Assembly: GCA_965230905.1 (NCBI GenBank)
Contig: OZ246396.1
Span: forward strand, 30,001 to 62,000
DNA: 32,000 nt
Source of the DNA: Candidatus Saccharimonadota bacterium
Lineage (GTDB): Bacteria > Patescibacteriota > Gracilibacteria > UBA1369 > 2-02-FULL-48-14
Direction of reading: 5' to 3'
The first letter of the stretch is position 1; each line of letters opens with the position of its first letter. Below are positions 23,459-32,000 of this stretch, in pieces. The position numbers and the translations under genes were made by a program. Under the pieces are notes generated by a model, which was not told where the DNA came from, did not search any database, and saw only the letters and a list, made by a program, of their open reading frames with translations.

Positions 23459-24825
23459 AAGCCACTTTTCAAGATTATTTTCGAGCACTGATTGGCCCTG
23501 AAGATGCTGAACAATTTTTTAGTACAATAGAAGCAAAGCCGGTGGGGCCGAGGAGCATTCGCGTGAACACTTTGAAGATCAGCAAGGCGGATTTGACGGA
23601 GTGGTTTGTTTCGCAAGGTTACGAGGTGAAAAACAGCCAGTATTCGGCAGACGGATTGGAGCTCACGGGCGCGGGTCAGGAGTGGGCGCTCAAGCTTCCC
23701 TACCACGCCGGGTTCACGTATCCGCAAGATGCCGCATCCATGTTCGCGGTGGAGGTTTTGAATCCGCAGCCAGGTGAAACTGCGCTGGACCTTACGGCGG
23801 CGCCCGGCGGCAAGACCACGCACATTGCGCAACGTTTGGAGAACCGCGGAATTTTGTTTGCGAACGATATGGATACGCATCGCATCAAAGCCCTGAAATC
23901 AAACTTGAGTCGCTTGGGTGTGGTGAACGCGTACATAACGCGTATGAATGCCAATAAAATGGCCGAGCTTTATCCCGAAACTTTTGACCGGATTTTGCTC
24001 GACCCCTCTTGCAGTGGCGAGGGACTTTTTGTGACGAAGGAAGGGCAGCCGAATTACTGGAATAAAAAAGCGGTGAAGCATTTTTCTGGACTCCAATTTG
24101 GATTGCTGCGGCAGGCATTTATTATGCTGAAGCCAGGCGGGCGCATTTTGTACTCGACGTGCGCGCTGAATGGAATTGAAAACGACGGTGTGGTGGCGGA
24201 TTTTTTGGAGAAGACGCCGGAGGCCGCCATTGATGAGAGTGTGATGGATGAGCTGAAGGCTCGCGGCATTCACGTTCCTGAGCAAATTGCCGATCTGAAA
24301 GGCATTCGTTTCTGGCCACACAAAACCGGGACAAAAGGGTTTTTCTGCATCGCGCTTACTAAGACCGTTTCGCAGGGTATGGAGAGGCCCGACAGTAAAT
24401 TTTTCTTGAAAGTGCTCAAGGACGATGAACGAAAAATCTACGATGCTTTTTTGGAAGAGCGTTTCGGCGTTCACGCCCGGGCGTATGACTTGGTTCCTTT
24501 TGAGCATCATTTGTTCCTGGCGAGCACAGCTTTGAAAACCCTTCCCCCGCCCCCTGGTTTCTCGCTTTCTTTGCCCGCACTCAAAACCTATGAAGGAGAT
24601 GAAATGAAACCGAGCCACGAAGGGGTGATGTTCTTTGCCGGCCAGGCCACCAAAGGCGTGGTGCAGCTGACTAAAGAGCAAATGGAACACGCACTTAAAA
24701 GCCAGCCCGTGATTTTTGAAGGACTGGAGGAAGGCATGTACTTTGCTAAGTACCTGCAATTTCCGCTCGGGCTACTCAAAATAGGCAAGCAAAGAACGGA
24801 GCTGCTGGTACCGAAGATGGCTTAA
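23455..24825 (+). CDS. RsmB/RsmF-family rRNA cytosine-C5 methyltransferase
   Basis: IRVNTLK, YPQDAASM, the SAM motif DLTAAPGGKT and the catalytic DPSCSGEG are present. ATGA overlaps the sufU stop. Confidence 0.8.
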   Translation: MKATFQDYFRALIGPEDAEQFFSTIEAKPVGPRSIRVNTLKISKADLTEWFVSQGYEVKNSQYSADGLELTGAGQEWALKLPYHAGFTYPQDAASMFAVEVLNPQPGETALDLTAAPGGKTTHIAQRLENRGILFANDMDTHRIKALKSNLSRLGVVNAYITRMNANKMAELYPETFDRILLDPSCSGEGLFVTKEGQPNYWNKKAVKHFSGLQFGLLRQAFIMLKPGGRILYSTCALNGIENDGVVADFLEKTPEAAIDESVMDELKARGIHVPEQIADLKGIRFWPHKTGTKGFFCIALTKTVSQGMERPDSKFFLKVLKDDERKIYDAFLEERFGVHARAYDLVPFEHHLFLASTALKTLPPPPGFSLSLPALKTYEGDEMKPSHEGVMFFAGQATKGVVQLTKEQMEHALKSQPVIFEGLEEGMYFAKYLQFPLGLLKIGKQRTELLVPKMA

Positions 24826-25013
24826 TCATTATAGAAAGCCCAGCTTCCTGGTCCCGGGCTAGGGATGCCACCTTCGTCAAAATCAGACCAATTGCTGCCT
24901 CCAGTCGACGGTGGCACTTTCGTAGGTTTAACTCGCTTTGATGCTGCTTTGTCTGGAGCCTTCTGCTCTGCAGGAGCTTCGTCTTCTATCTCAGTCGTTT
25001 CAGGTTTTCTCAT
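24822..25013 (-). CDS. possible small disordered protein
   Basis: 63-aa ORF, 18 nt downstream of the rnc stop on the same strand. Low complexity, no family recognised. Confidence 0.3.
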   Translation of the reverse strand: MRKPETTEIEDEAPAEQKAPDKAASKRVKPTKVPPSTGGSNWSDFDEGGIPSPGPGSWAFYND

Positions 25014-25031
25014 TTCTTAAAGTGTTATGGC

Positions 25032-25736
25032 TTAATTCCACCCCTCGTTTTCCAGCGCACTTTTGGCGGCGGACTGTTCGGCTTCTTGTTTGGAAGGACC
25101 GTGGCCTTCGCCGGCGAGTTTTTTGCCGAAGTAGATGCCCATGACGAATTTTTTGTCGTGGTCGGGGCCTTCCTCGCTGAGGAGTTCGTAGGTAGGAGTG
25201 ACGTTGAGTTTATCCTGGCAGAGTTCTTGCACGCGGGATTTTGCATCTACGTTGAGACCCTTGGCGATGATGTCGTCGAGCATGCGCACGATGTGTGTGA
25301 GGATGAATTGGTTGGCGACTTCAAAACCTTGATCCAGGAAAATCGCGCCGATGAGCGCTTCGCAGGTATTGGCTAAAATGTATTCTTTTTCGCGGCCGCC
25401 AGAGAGGTCTTCCCCACGGCTGAGGAGCAAAAATTGTCCGAGCTCGAGGTTTTTGGAAACCTTGGCGAGGTTTTTCCCTTTCACCAGCGCGCTGCGCCAG
25501 TTGGTGAGCTGACCCTCGGGCTGAGAGGGATAATTGTGGTACAAAAATTGTGTCACAGAAAGTTCCAAAACCGCGTCTCCCAGGAATTCCAGGCGCTCGT
25601 TGTACTCTTTTTCTTCGGTGTGCTCGTTGATAAAAGACTTGTGTACAAAAGCCAGCGTGAGTAGATCTTTATTCTTAAACTCGAGTTCAATTTTCTTTTC
25701 GAGTTCGGCGATGTTCTTAATTTTTGCGGTCATCAT
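25032..25736 (-). CDS. rnc: ribonuclease III
   Basis: The RNase III signature NERLEFLGDAVLEL is present, plus a C-terminal dsRBD (GPDHDKKF...GEGHGPSKQEAEQSAA). Confidence 0.93.
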   Translation of the reverse strand: MMTAKIKNIAELEKKIELEFKNKDLLTLAFVHKSFINEHTEEKEYNERLEFLGDAVLELSVTQFLYHNYPSQPEGQLTNWRSALVKGKNLAKVSKNLELGQFLLLSRGEDLSGGREKEYILANTCEALIGAIFLDQGFEVANQFILTHIVRMLDDIIAKGLNVDAKSRVQELCQDKLNVTPTYELLSEEGPDHDKKFVMGIYFGKKLAGEGHGPSKQEAEQSAAKSALENEGWN

Positions 25737-26127
25737 ATAGTGAGCTTAATACACCGTTAACAAATTTTGAAGAGCTTTCTGTGCCAAATTCTTTTGCGAG
25801 TTCAATGGCTTCGTTGATTGCAACCAGGGCGGGCATATCGGGATCGAAGAGCAATTCAGCGGCCCCCACCTCCATAATGGCGCGGTCTATAGGGGCGATT
25901 TTATCCCAAGGCCATTCGGAAGCATACTTTTTGATGGCGTCTTTCACCGCCTCGCGGTTGTCCATGAGGCGTTTGAGCAGCAGCATGGCAAAACTCTGAT
26001 CTTCCAGCCCGTGTCCCCCGTTCACGAGGTTATACGACAAAATAGCTTCTGCATCGCCTCCACGGAATTCCCACGCAAACAGGGTTTGCATCACCAGGGC
26101 CCGGAGAGTGTGGCGCTTAGAAGCCAT
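25717..26127 (-). CDS. nusB: transcription antitermination factor NusB
   Basis: 136 aa. RALVMQTLFAWEF and VAINEAIELAKEFG..SSKFVNGVL are typical of NusB. Confidence 0.9.
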   Translation of the reverse strand: MASKRHTLRALVMQTLFAWEFRGGDAEAILSYNLVNGGHGLEDQSFAMLLLKRLMDNREAVKDAIKKYASEWPWDKIAPIDRAIMEVGAAELLFDPDMPALVAINEAIELAKEFGTESSSKFVNGVLSSLYDDRKN

Positions 26128-26180
26128 AAAGAGTTTTAAAGAGCGAGTGAGAACAGGAGCAAGCTCCGCTCCGCGGAGTG

Positions 26181-26420
26181 CTAGGCCTTGATCGTAGTGA
26201 TCTTAGCTTCTGGTTTCTTCTTGGTCATAACATCTTTTCCACGGTAGCTTCCGCAAGCAGCACAAACCTTGTGAGCAACCTTAGCTTCTCCACATTTTTC
26301 ACACTTAACGATCTTGGTCATTCCCTCAAGCTTCAAACGTGCCAGGTTTTGGAACGTGTGGTAGCGACGCCCGCTACGGGTGGTCGACTGTCTCTTTTTG
26401 GGAACTGCATGTTTTGCCAT
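26181..26420 (-). CDS. rpmF: 50S ribosomal protein L32
   Basis: MAKHAVPKKRQSTTRSGRR has a zinc ribbon, CEKCGE...CAACG. The gene lies directly downstream of a yceD-like gene, the classical pairing. Confidence 0.9.
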   Translation of the reverse strand: MAKHAVPKKRQSTTRSGRRYHTFQNLARLKLEGMTKIVKCEKCGEAKVAHKVCAACGSYRGKDVMTKKKPEAKITTIKA

Positions 26421-26494
26421 AAATTCGTTTTAAGATGGAGCCTTAGCTCGATTGCTACGGCATTTTAGACGATTTCAGGGGAAAATCAAGCGAA

Positions 26495-26968
26495 TTAGGA
26501 AAGCAGGTCCTTTAAACCTGAAAGTGCCTTCACCCCTTTGGGTTCCTCCAGCTTAGATTCCTCGAACTTTTTGCAGAGTTTTTTGCAGCGGGGCACGTGT
26601 TCCAGGTTCAGGAGCAAATCCTGGCGGATGGGTTCTTTTTCATCGAGTTCCAGGCGATGGGTGTCGAGCTTTAGCCATTCATTTTCGTCGTCGTCTTCGT
26701 GCGGGCTTTCTTCATAAAAAAGCCATTCAGATTGTTCGAAGTCCATTTTGAGTTTGAGAGGCTTGGCGCAGCGGGCACAAAAGGTTTCCTGGGTGGCGTC
26801 CACTTCGGCAATCAGCATCATGACTCCCTCCTCCACCCGCAGCAGTTGGCCCATGACCGTGATATCACCCTTGAGTTCAGGAATTTCAAAGTCGTCCGCC
26901 GTGAATTCGAAACGGAAAGGTTCGATGGTGCCGCTCGGGGCTCGGTAGATGGGGGCAATTTTAATCAC
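26495..26968 (-). CDS. yceD: YceD/DUF177 family protein
   Basis: 157 aa, acidic, with the CARC...CKKLC pairs typical of DUF177. It sits upstream of rpmF. Confidence 0.85.
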   Translation of the reverse strand: MIKIAPIYRAPSGTIEPFRFEFTADDFEIPELKGDITVMGQLLRVEEGVMMLIAEVDATQETFCARCAKPLKLKMDFEQSEWLFYEESPHEDDDENEWLKLDTHRLELDEKEPIRQDLLLNLEHVPRCKKLCKKFEESKLEEPKGVKALSGLKDLLS

Positions 26969-27632
26969 GAGAAGTGGCTCCGGTTAAGCGTAAAATAAAC
27001 ACGAAGAGATTGAAGATGTCCAGGTAAAGCGCCATGGCGGCGTTCATGGATTCGTCGGCGGGATAGGTTTTGAGGCGTTGAATGTCCACCATCGCGTAGC
27101 CCGCAAAAATCAAGATTCCGATTCCAGAGTAAATCATTTCACCAGTGTTTCCCCAGGGAATGAAGATGCCGATGATGGCCGTGATGAGCATCCCAATGAG
27201 ACCCAGGAACAAAAATCCGCTGAGGCCCTGGAAGGAGCGCTTGCTGGTGTGACCAATGAGTCCCATAGCCACAAAAGTAACCGTGGTGGCAAAGAGTGAG
27301 CGGTAAATGATGTCGAAGCCTCCGAACTCAGCGGCAAAGCTGGCGATGAGCGGCACTACCGTGACTCCGCTGCACAAGGTGAAAAGGCTGAAGAGGAAAT
27401 AGTTGAGGGGCTCCGTTTTGCTCCACATTCTGGAGGTGAAGATGAGGGCGATTTCCGCGATGAAAAACACGTACATGAGGAGCGGATTCTGAGCGAAGAT
27501 CGGCAACAAGTAGTTGAATCCAAGGTAAACCCCTGCCCCGGTGGCCAAAATGGCAAGACCGAACCAGCTGAGCACTTTATTATAAAAGTCGCTGGTCTGG
27601 GTGCGGGAAGCGACGGCTTCAAATTGGTTCAT
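26961..27632 (-). CDS. BAX inhibitor-1/YccA family membrane protein
   Basis: 223 aa with about 7 TM helices. The N-terminus FYNKVLSWFGLAILATGAG and the C-terminus ALYLDIFNLFVFILRL are typical of BI-1/YbhL. Confidence 0.85.
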   Translation of the reverse strand: MNQFEAVASRTQTSDFYNKVLSWFGLAILATGAGVYLGFNYLLPIFAQNPLLMYVFFIAEIALIFTSRMWSKTEPLNYFLFSLFTLCSGVTVVPLIASFAAEFGGFDIIYRSLFATTVTFVAMGLIGHTSKRSFQGLSGFLFLGLIGMLITAIIGIFIPWGNTGEMIYSGIGILIFAGYAMVDIQRLKTYPADESMNAAMALYLDIFNLFVFILRLTGATSRD

Positions 27633-27787
27633 GGCTGTTTGAATTAAAGGAGTTTTAGTTTAGCAAAAAGTGGCGGCGGGGGCAATTGGAGGGGTGTTGT
27701 TGGAACTTTGACAACGCGATTTTGATCGAGAGAGCTTGAATGGCGATTGGTAAAAATTTGAGGGCGGGCGTTAGACTTAAGCATGGC

Positions 27788-27827
27788 TTGCAATTTGTAG
27801 CCATGATTTATATAATGTAGCTACAAA
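27788..27827 (+). promoter_or_regulatory. near-consensus promoter with overlapping inverted repeat (TA operator)
   Basis: TTGCAA (27788-27793), a 17-nt spacer, then TATAAT (27811-27816). The inverted repeat tttgtagc (27794-27801) and gctacaaa (27820-27827) brackets the -10. The hicA ATG is at 27832. Confidence 0.55.
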
Positions 27828-27831
27828 CTGA

Positions 27832-28080
27832 ATGTCTAAGTTTGAGAAAAGACTCCTAAAATTTCTTCTGAACCCTCAATCTCTTGAGTACTTTGAGATT
27901 GAAAGCCTGCTCTTAAGATTTGATTGCGAAAAAATTCACGGCAAAGGAAGTCATCGCAAATTCACTCATAAGAAACTATCCTATCACTTAACCATCCCCC
28001 TTCATGGTCACGATTGCAAAACCATCTACAAAGTCAAAGCAGCCCATTTTATATACGCACTACGTGAGCTTAAACAATAA
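27832..28080 (+). CDS. hicA: HicA-family toxin (mRNA interferase)
   Basis: 82 aa. HGKGSHRKFTH...TIPLHGHD matches the HicA/YcfA pattern (GSH...H...P.H). Confidence 0.8.
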   Translation: MSKFEKRLLKFLLNPQSLEYFEIESLLLRFDCEKIHGKGSHRKFTHKKLSYHLTIPLHGHDCKTIYKVKAAHFIYALRELKQ

Positions 28081-28360
28081 GAAATATCCTTATTCTTTAA
28101 GACTGGTTGATGAAAATGTGAGCTGGGTGGAATGTGAAGGAGCTAAAATTGCTCAAGAGTTTCTCCACGAAGACATCCCTGCCCTGTTATTAGACCTACC
28201 CTATTTAATTGAGTCCACAAAAGAATATGAAAAAAATCAAGAAAATATGATCCGTTTTCGTATCTCCAATGAAGACAAAAAGGCCATTCAACAAAAAGCA
28301 GCCAAATTAGGCTATAAAAGTATCTCCAGCTACCTTCGCGACCTGGCTCTTCGTGATTGA
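28064..28360 (+). CDS. putative antitoxin in HicB position with a C-terminal ribbon-helix-helix domain
   Basis: ORF 28004-28360. MIRFRISNEDKKAIQQKAAKLGYKSISSYLRDLAL is a clear RHH. The start is uncertain: GTG 28064 is chosen, and ATG 28247 would give an RHH-only 37-aa product. Confidence 0.5.
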   Translation: MSLNNKKYPYSLRLVDENVSWVECEGAKIAQEFLHEDIPALLLDLPYLIESTKEYEKNQENMIRFRISNEDKKAIQQKAAKLGYKSISSYLRDLALRD

Positions 28361-28361
28361 T

Positions 28362-28390
28362 TTGCAGCTTAGAACCAGATTGGTTAGACT
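28362..28390 (+). promoter_or_regulatory. candidate promoter placing the TSS on the ftsA start codon (leaderless)
   Basis: TTGCAG (28362-28367), a 17-nt spacer, then TAGACT (28385-28390). The ATG at 28397 is 7 nt after the -10. Confidence 0.35.
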
Positions 28391-28396
28391 AGCGCC

Positions 28397-29650
28397 ATGT
28401 TTGGCTTAAAAAATAGTTTAGGTCCCAAGCGCGAACGACTGTTTACGGTCCTTGATATCGGCACGGAGTTCATCAAAGTGCTGGTGTGCATGGCTCAAGG
28501 TAAAGAAGTCGAGGTGCTGGGAAAAGGAATCAAACGGCAGAATAGTGGCGAGATGGAAAGTGGAACCATCACGGACATTGCCGGTGTGATCGAACGTTGC
28601 CACGAGGCGATGCGCGACGCCGAACGAATGGCGGGCAGCAGCCCCCAGAGTTTGATTTTGGGCGTGGCGGGCGAACTGATTAAGGGCGACACCTCCATGG
28701 TGACCTATAAACGAAAAGACCCGGGCAGCAAGGTGCAACAAGAAGAACTCAAAAATATTATTCACAAAGTGCAGTGGAAGGCTTTCGAACGCGTGCGCGG
28801 AAATTTGGCTTACGAAACGGGCTTCAACGAAATTGATGTGAAGCTGGTGCACGCCGCCATTGTGGACACTCGCATCGACGGTTATAAAGTTTCCAACCCG
28901 ATTGGGTTCCAGGGGCGTGAAGTGATGATGAGTGTGTTCAACGCGTTTTCTCCGCTGGTGCATTACGGCGCGCTGCAAACCATTTGCGCGGAACTGGATA
29001 AAGAGCTTTTAGCTATTATGGCCGAGCCCTACGCGGTTGGACGTTTGCTTGGTGGAACGGAACTCCAGGGTTACAGCGGAATCTTTATTGATGTGGGCGG
29101 AGGAACCACGGACCTTTCTATTGTAATAGATGGAAGCGTGATCGGGACCAAAATGTTCAACTTGGGCGGACGCGCGTTCACCAAGCGACTTGCACAGGCG
29201 CTCAACATTTCGCACGAAGAAGCGGAAGAAGTGAAAATTGCGTTTTCCAACAACCAACTCGAACACCAATCGCAGACCATTGTGGGAAAAGCGCTGGCGG
29301 GCGACACGGAAATTTGGCTTTCTGGAGTCTATTTCAGTCTTCAGGAACTTTCGGACATTGATTCCCTGCCGCCTACCGTTTATCTTTGTGGCGGAGGAAG
29401 TCTGCTCCCGCTGCTCAAAGACGGACTCGAAAGCTCCGATTGGTACAAAAACCTGAAGTTCCCACGCAAACCACAAGTGAAATACCTTTTGCCTAAGAAC
29501 ATCTCTCACGTTAAAGATTTGACCAAGCAACTCGATTCGCCTGCCGACATCACACCGATGGCTCTTGCCTCGGTGGGAATGGAGATTCTGAGTGAAGAAA
29601 AACTGCTGACCAAAATGCTGCAGAAAGTCGTCAGGCTTATGCAAGTTTAA
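28397..29650 (+). CDS. ftsA: FtsA-like actin-family cell division ATPase
   Basis: Phosphate 1 LDIGTEFIKV, phosphate 2 FIDVGGGTTDLS and the adenosine motif LCGGGS are present, with a C-terminal amphipathic KMLQKVVRLMQV. Confidence 0.8.
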   Translation: MFGLKNSLGPKRERLFTVLDIGTEFIKVLVCMAQGKEVEVLGKGIKRQNSGEMESGTITDIAGVIERCHEAMRDAERMAGSSPQSLILGVAGELIKGDTSMVTYKRKDPGSKVQQEELKNIIHKVQWKAFERVRGNLAYETGFNEIDVKLVHAAIVDTRIDGYKVSNPIGFQGREVMMSVFNAFSPLVHYGALQTICAELDKELLAIMAEPYAVGRLLGGTELQGYSGIFIDVGGGTTDLSIVIDGSVIGTKMFNLGGRAFTKRLAQALNISHEEAEEVKIAFSNNQLEHQSQTIVGKALAGDTEIWLSGVYFSLQELSDIDSLPPTVYLCGGGSLLPLLKDGLESSDWYKNLKFPRKPQVKYLLPKNISHVKDLTKQLDSPADITPMALASVGMEILSEEKLLTKMLQKVVRLMQV

Positions 29651-29666
29651 CCACCGGCCCGCCACC

Positions 29667-31421
29667 ATGTCCGAAAACATCAAGAAAATTTCCAAAAAGA
29701 AAATCCTCTTCGTCCAGATTGACGAGGAGCTCACCAGTATTTTTCAGCGCATCGAAAAGCTGCCGTACAAGGAAGTTTATTTGGTGGTGCCCAAGCGCGC
29801 GGTGCTGCTACAGAGCATTGTAAACTTGAAGATTTTGAAGCAGAAGATGGTGGAGATTGAGAAGGACATCGCCGTGATCACGAATGATTTGAATGGGATG
29901 AAACTGGCGCATCAAGCGGAGATCCGGGTGTTTGATCACTGGAATATTGATGAGAACGCCGAAGGTGAAAAATCAAAAAACGACCGTGACCCCGAGACGG
30001 CCCTGCTCAAACCCATTGCCGCCGCGCAAAACGAAGTGGAGGACGAACTGCCTTCCCGTCTGCCCAAGAAAAAATCGTCCATCTTTGAGGTGGTGCGAAA
30101 CATCAAAGGAAAAGAAAAAGGATTTTCGCTGCGCTCGTACTTGGCGGATCTCAAGCGAAATCGACTTCAAGCCCGCCCTCTGAATTTGTACCTCACTCCC
30201 GGAAAGAAACGTTGGATTTTTGGACTGCTCGGTTCCAGTTTGGTGCTGTTCTTCTTCATCGCCTATGTGGCGCTGCCCGGAGCCACCATTGAAATTGAAC
30301 CGGCTTCTAATGTGCTGACCAAAGCCGTGAATGTCACTTTGGAGCCCAGCCCCAGCGATCCGCTGAGCCTCAAGTCCTATGACATTGGGACGGAGGTGGA
30401 ATACACGCTCAGCCATCCGGCCACGGGACTGATTACGGACGACAGCAGCAACGCATCTGGGAATCTGACCATTATAAACATCAGTGGCGTAGACCGCCCG
30501 CTGGTGAAAGAAACGCGTTTCCAAACCGAGGACGGCGTTGTGTTCCGTCTGCAGGAGGAAGTGACGGTGCCCGCCGGCAATTCCACCAAGCCGGGGACCA
30601 CGGTGGCACGTGTGGTGGCGGATGCGTTGGACGCGAACGGTGTGGCCGTGGGAGAACGTGGAAACATTGGCGCGAGCAAATTTTTTCTACCGGGATTGCG
30701 TGAAGACACCCGCGATGAACTCTACGGCGAAAGCTACGACGCCATGACGGGCGGAGCCACCGTTTCCCGTGTGCAAGTCACCGAAGACGACCTCATCGCC
30801 GCTCAAGTGCAACTGGAAGAAGAGCTGAAAGGAAAAGTGATTTCTGCGCTGCGCAAAGAAGTGCTGACGCAGTCCAATACCCTGGGCGTAAGTTTGAAAC
30901 TTTTGGAGGTTTCGGAGGCGCTGGAATATGGCCCTGCGCTCATCGACCTTCCCTACAGTTTGGTGGGCACGGAACAAAGCAGTTTTGATGTGACGGGAAC
31001 CATGACCATTTCGGGCATCGCCTACAACCAGGAAGATTTGTTCAGCCTTTTGAAGGCAGAGATTGTGAGCACCAAAACGCCCGGCAAACTGCTGATTTCT
31101 GTGGACGAAAATTCCATGAGCCTGCAGATTCTGGAAGTGATCAATAATGCGTACAAAATCACCGCGCAAGTGCAAGGTATTGAAGAATACGAAATCGACC
31201 CTGAGTTGGAGGGTGGCAACAAGCTCGCTGAAAAAATCAAAGAGCACATCGCAGGCAAGTCCATTGAAGAAGCCAAGGCTTACATCCAAAATCTACCGGA
31301 AGTGAACAGTGTGGAGATCAAGGTGTGGCCCGTGTGGTCCCCCACTATTCCGAGTTTGTCGGAGAATATTAAGATCAAGTCGCTATCGGACGCTGAGGGA
31401 GCGGTTGAAGAAGAGCTTTAA
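29667..31421 (+). CDS. large single-pass membrane protein, function unknown (possibly baseplate J-like extracellular region)
   Basis: 584 aa. Cytoplasmic N-domain, a TM helix (WIFGLLGSSLVLFFFIAYVAL), then a beta-rich region beginning ATIEIEP. The resemblance to baseplate J/gp47-annotated proteins is from memory only. Confidence 0.6.
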   Translation: MSENIKKISKKKILFVQIDEELTSIFQRIEKLPYKEVYLVVPKRAVLLQSIVNLKILKQKMVEIEKDIAVITNDLNGMKLAHQAEIRVFDHWNIDENAEGEKSKNDRDPETALLKPIAAAQNEVEDELPSRLPKKKSSIFEVVRNIKGKEKGFSLRSYLADLKRNRLQARPLNLYLTPGKKRWIFGLLGSSLVLFFFIAYVALPGATIEIEPASNVLTKAVNVTLEPSPSDPLSLKSYDIGTEVEYTLSHPATGLITDDSSNASGNLTIINISGVDRPLVKETRFQTEDGVVFRLQEEVTVPAGNSTKPGTTVARVVADALDANGVAVGERGNIGASKFFLPGLREDTRDELYGESYDAMTGGATVSRVQVTEDDLIAAQVQLEEELKGKVISALRKEVLTQSNTLGVSLKLLEVSEALEYGPALIDLPYSLVGTEQSSFDVTGTMTISGIAYNQEDLFSLLKAEIVSTKTPGKLLISVDENSMSLQILEVINNAYKITAQVQGIEEYEIDPELEGGNKLAEKIKEHIAGKSIEEAKAYIQNLPEVNSVEIKVWPVWSPTIPSLSENIKIKSLSDAEGAVEEEL

Positions 31422-31452
31422 CTAAGATAAACTCCGCTTATACTTTTATTAG

Positions 31453-32000
<548 letters not shown>

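Noticed and set aside
23899-24759. 286-aa minus-strand ORF, plus other long antisense ORFs at 19637-20227, 21130-21579, 21729-22232, 28418-28978, 29009-29734, 29973-30524 and 30687-31289.
   Set aside because: Each lies entirely antisense to a confidently identified gene (the rsm gene, sufB, sufD, sufS, ftsA or the 584-aa ORF). Their translations are H/R/F/L-rich and low in information, as is typical of shadow ORFs.

Overview
Gene-dense, compact bacterial chromosomal window in the standard genetic code: several well-matched genes end at TGA at their expected lengths. It mixes housekeeping operons with small, visibly AT-richer accessory patches. Housekeeping content: the nusG 3' end, rplK-rplA, dut, tmk, folD-purF-purD, maf, rpsT, sufCBDS plus sufU, an RsmB/F-type methyltransferase, a BI-1/yceD/rpmF/nusB/rnc operon, ftsA, and the proS 5' part. 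There are two tRNAs, Ala-GGC and CAU, both with encoded CCA. Accessory content: a class I Fic toxin with a 51-aa antitoxin ORF missing from the supplied ORF track, a hicA/RHH pair with a near-consensus promoter and operator, many small secreted, lipoprotein or membrane ORFs, and a low-GC two-gene cassette of unknown function next to a TrmB-like regulator. The most unusual item is a 72-nt tRNA-like gene at 11221-11292. It has alanine-type acceptor identity, a tmRNA-like T-arm and an encoded CCA, but no normal anticodon arm and no tag-coding domain. Almost no gene has a Shine-Dalgarno sequence. Broken classical synteny, abundant small membrane proteins and partial pathways are compatible with an uncultivated, reduced-genome lineage such as CPR/Patescibacteria; this is an inference, not demonstrated. 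No CRISPR array, integrase, transposase or rRNA was seen. All family calls rest on motif recognition by eye, since no searches could be run.
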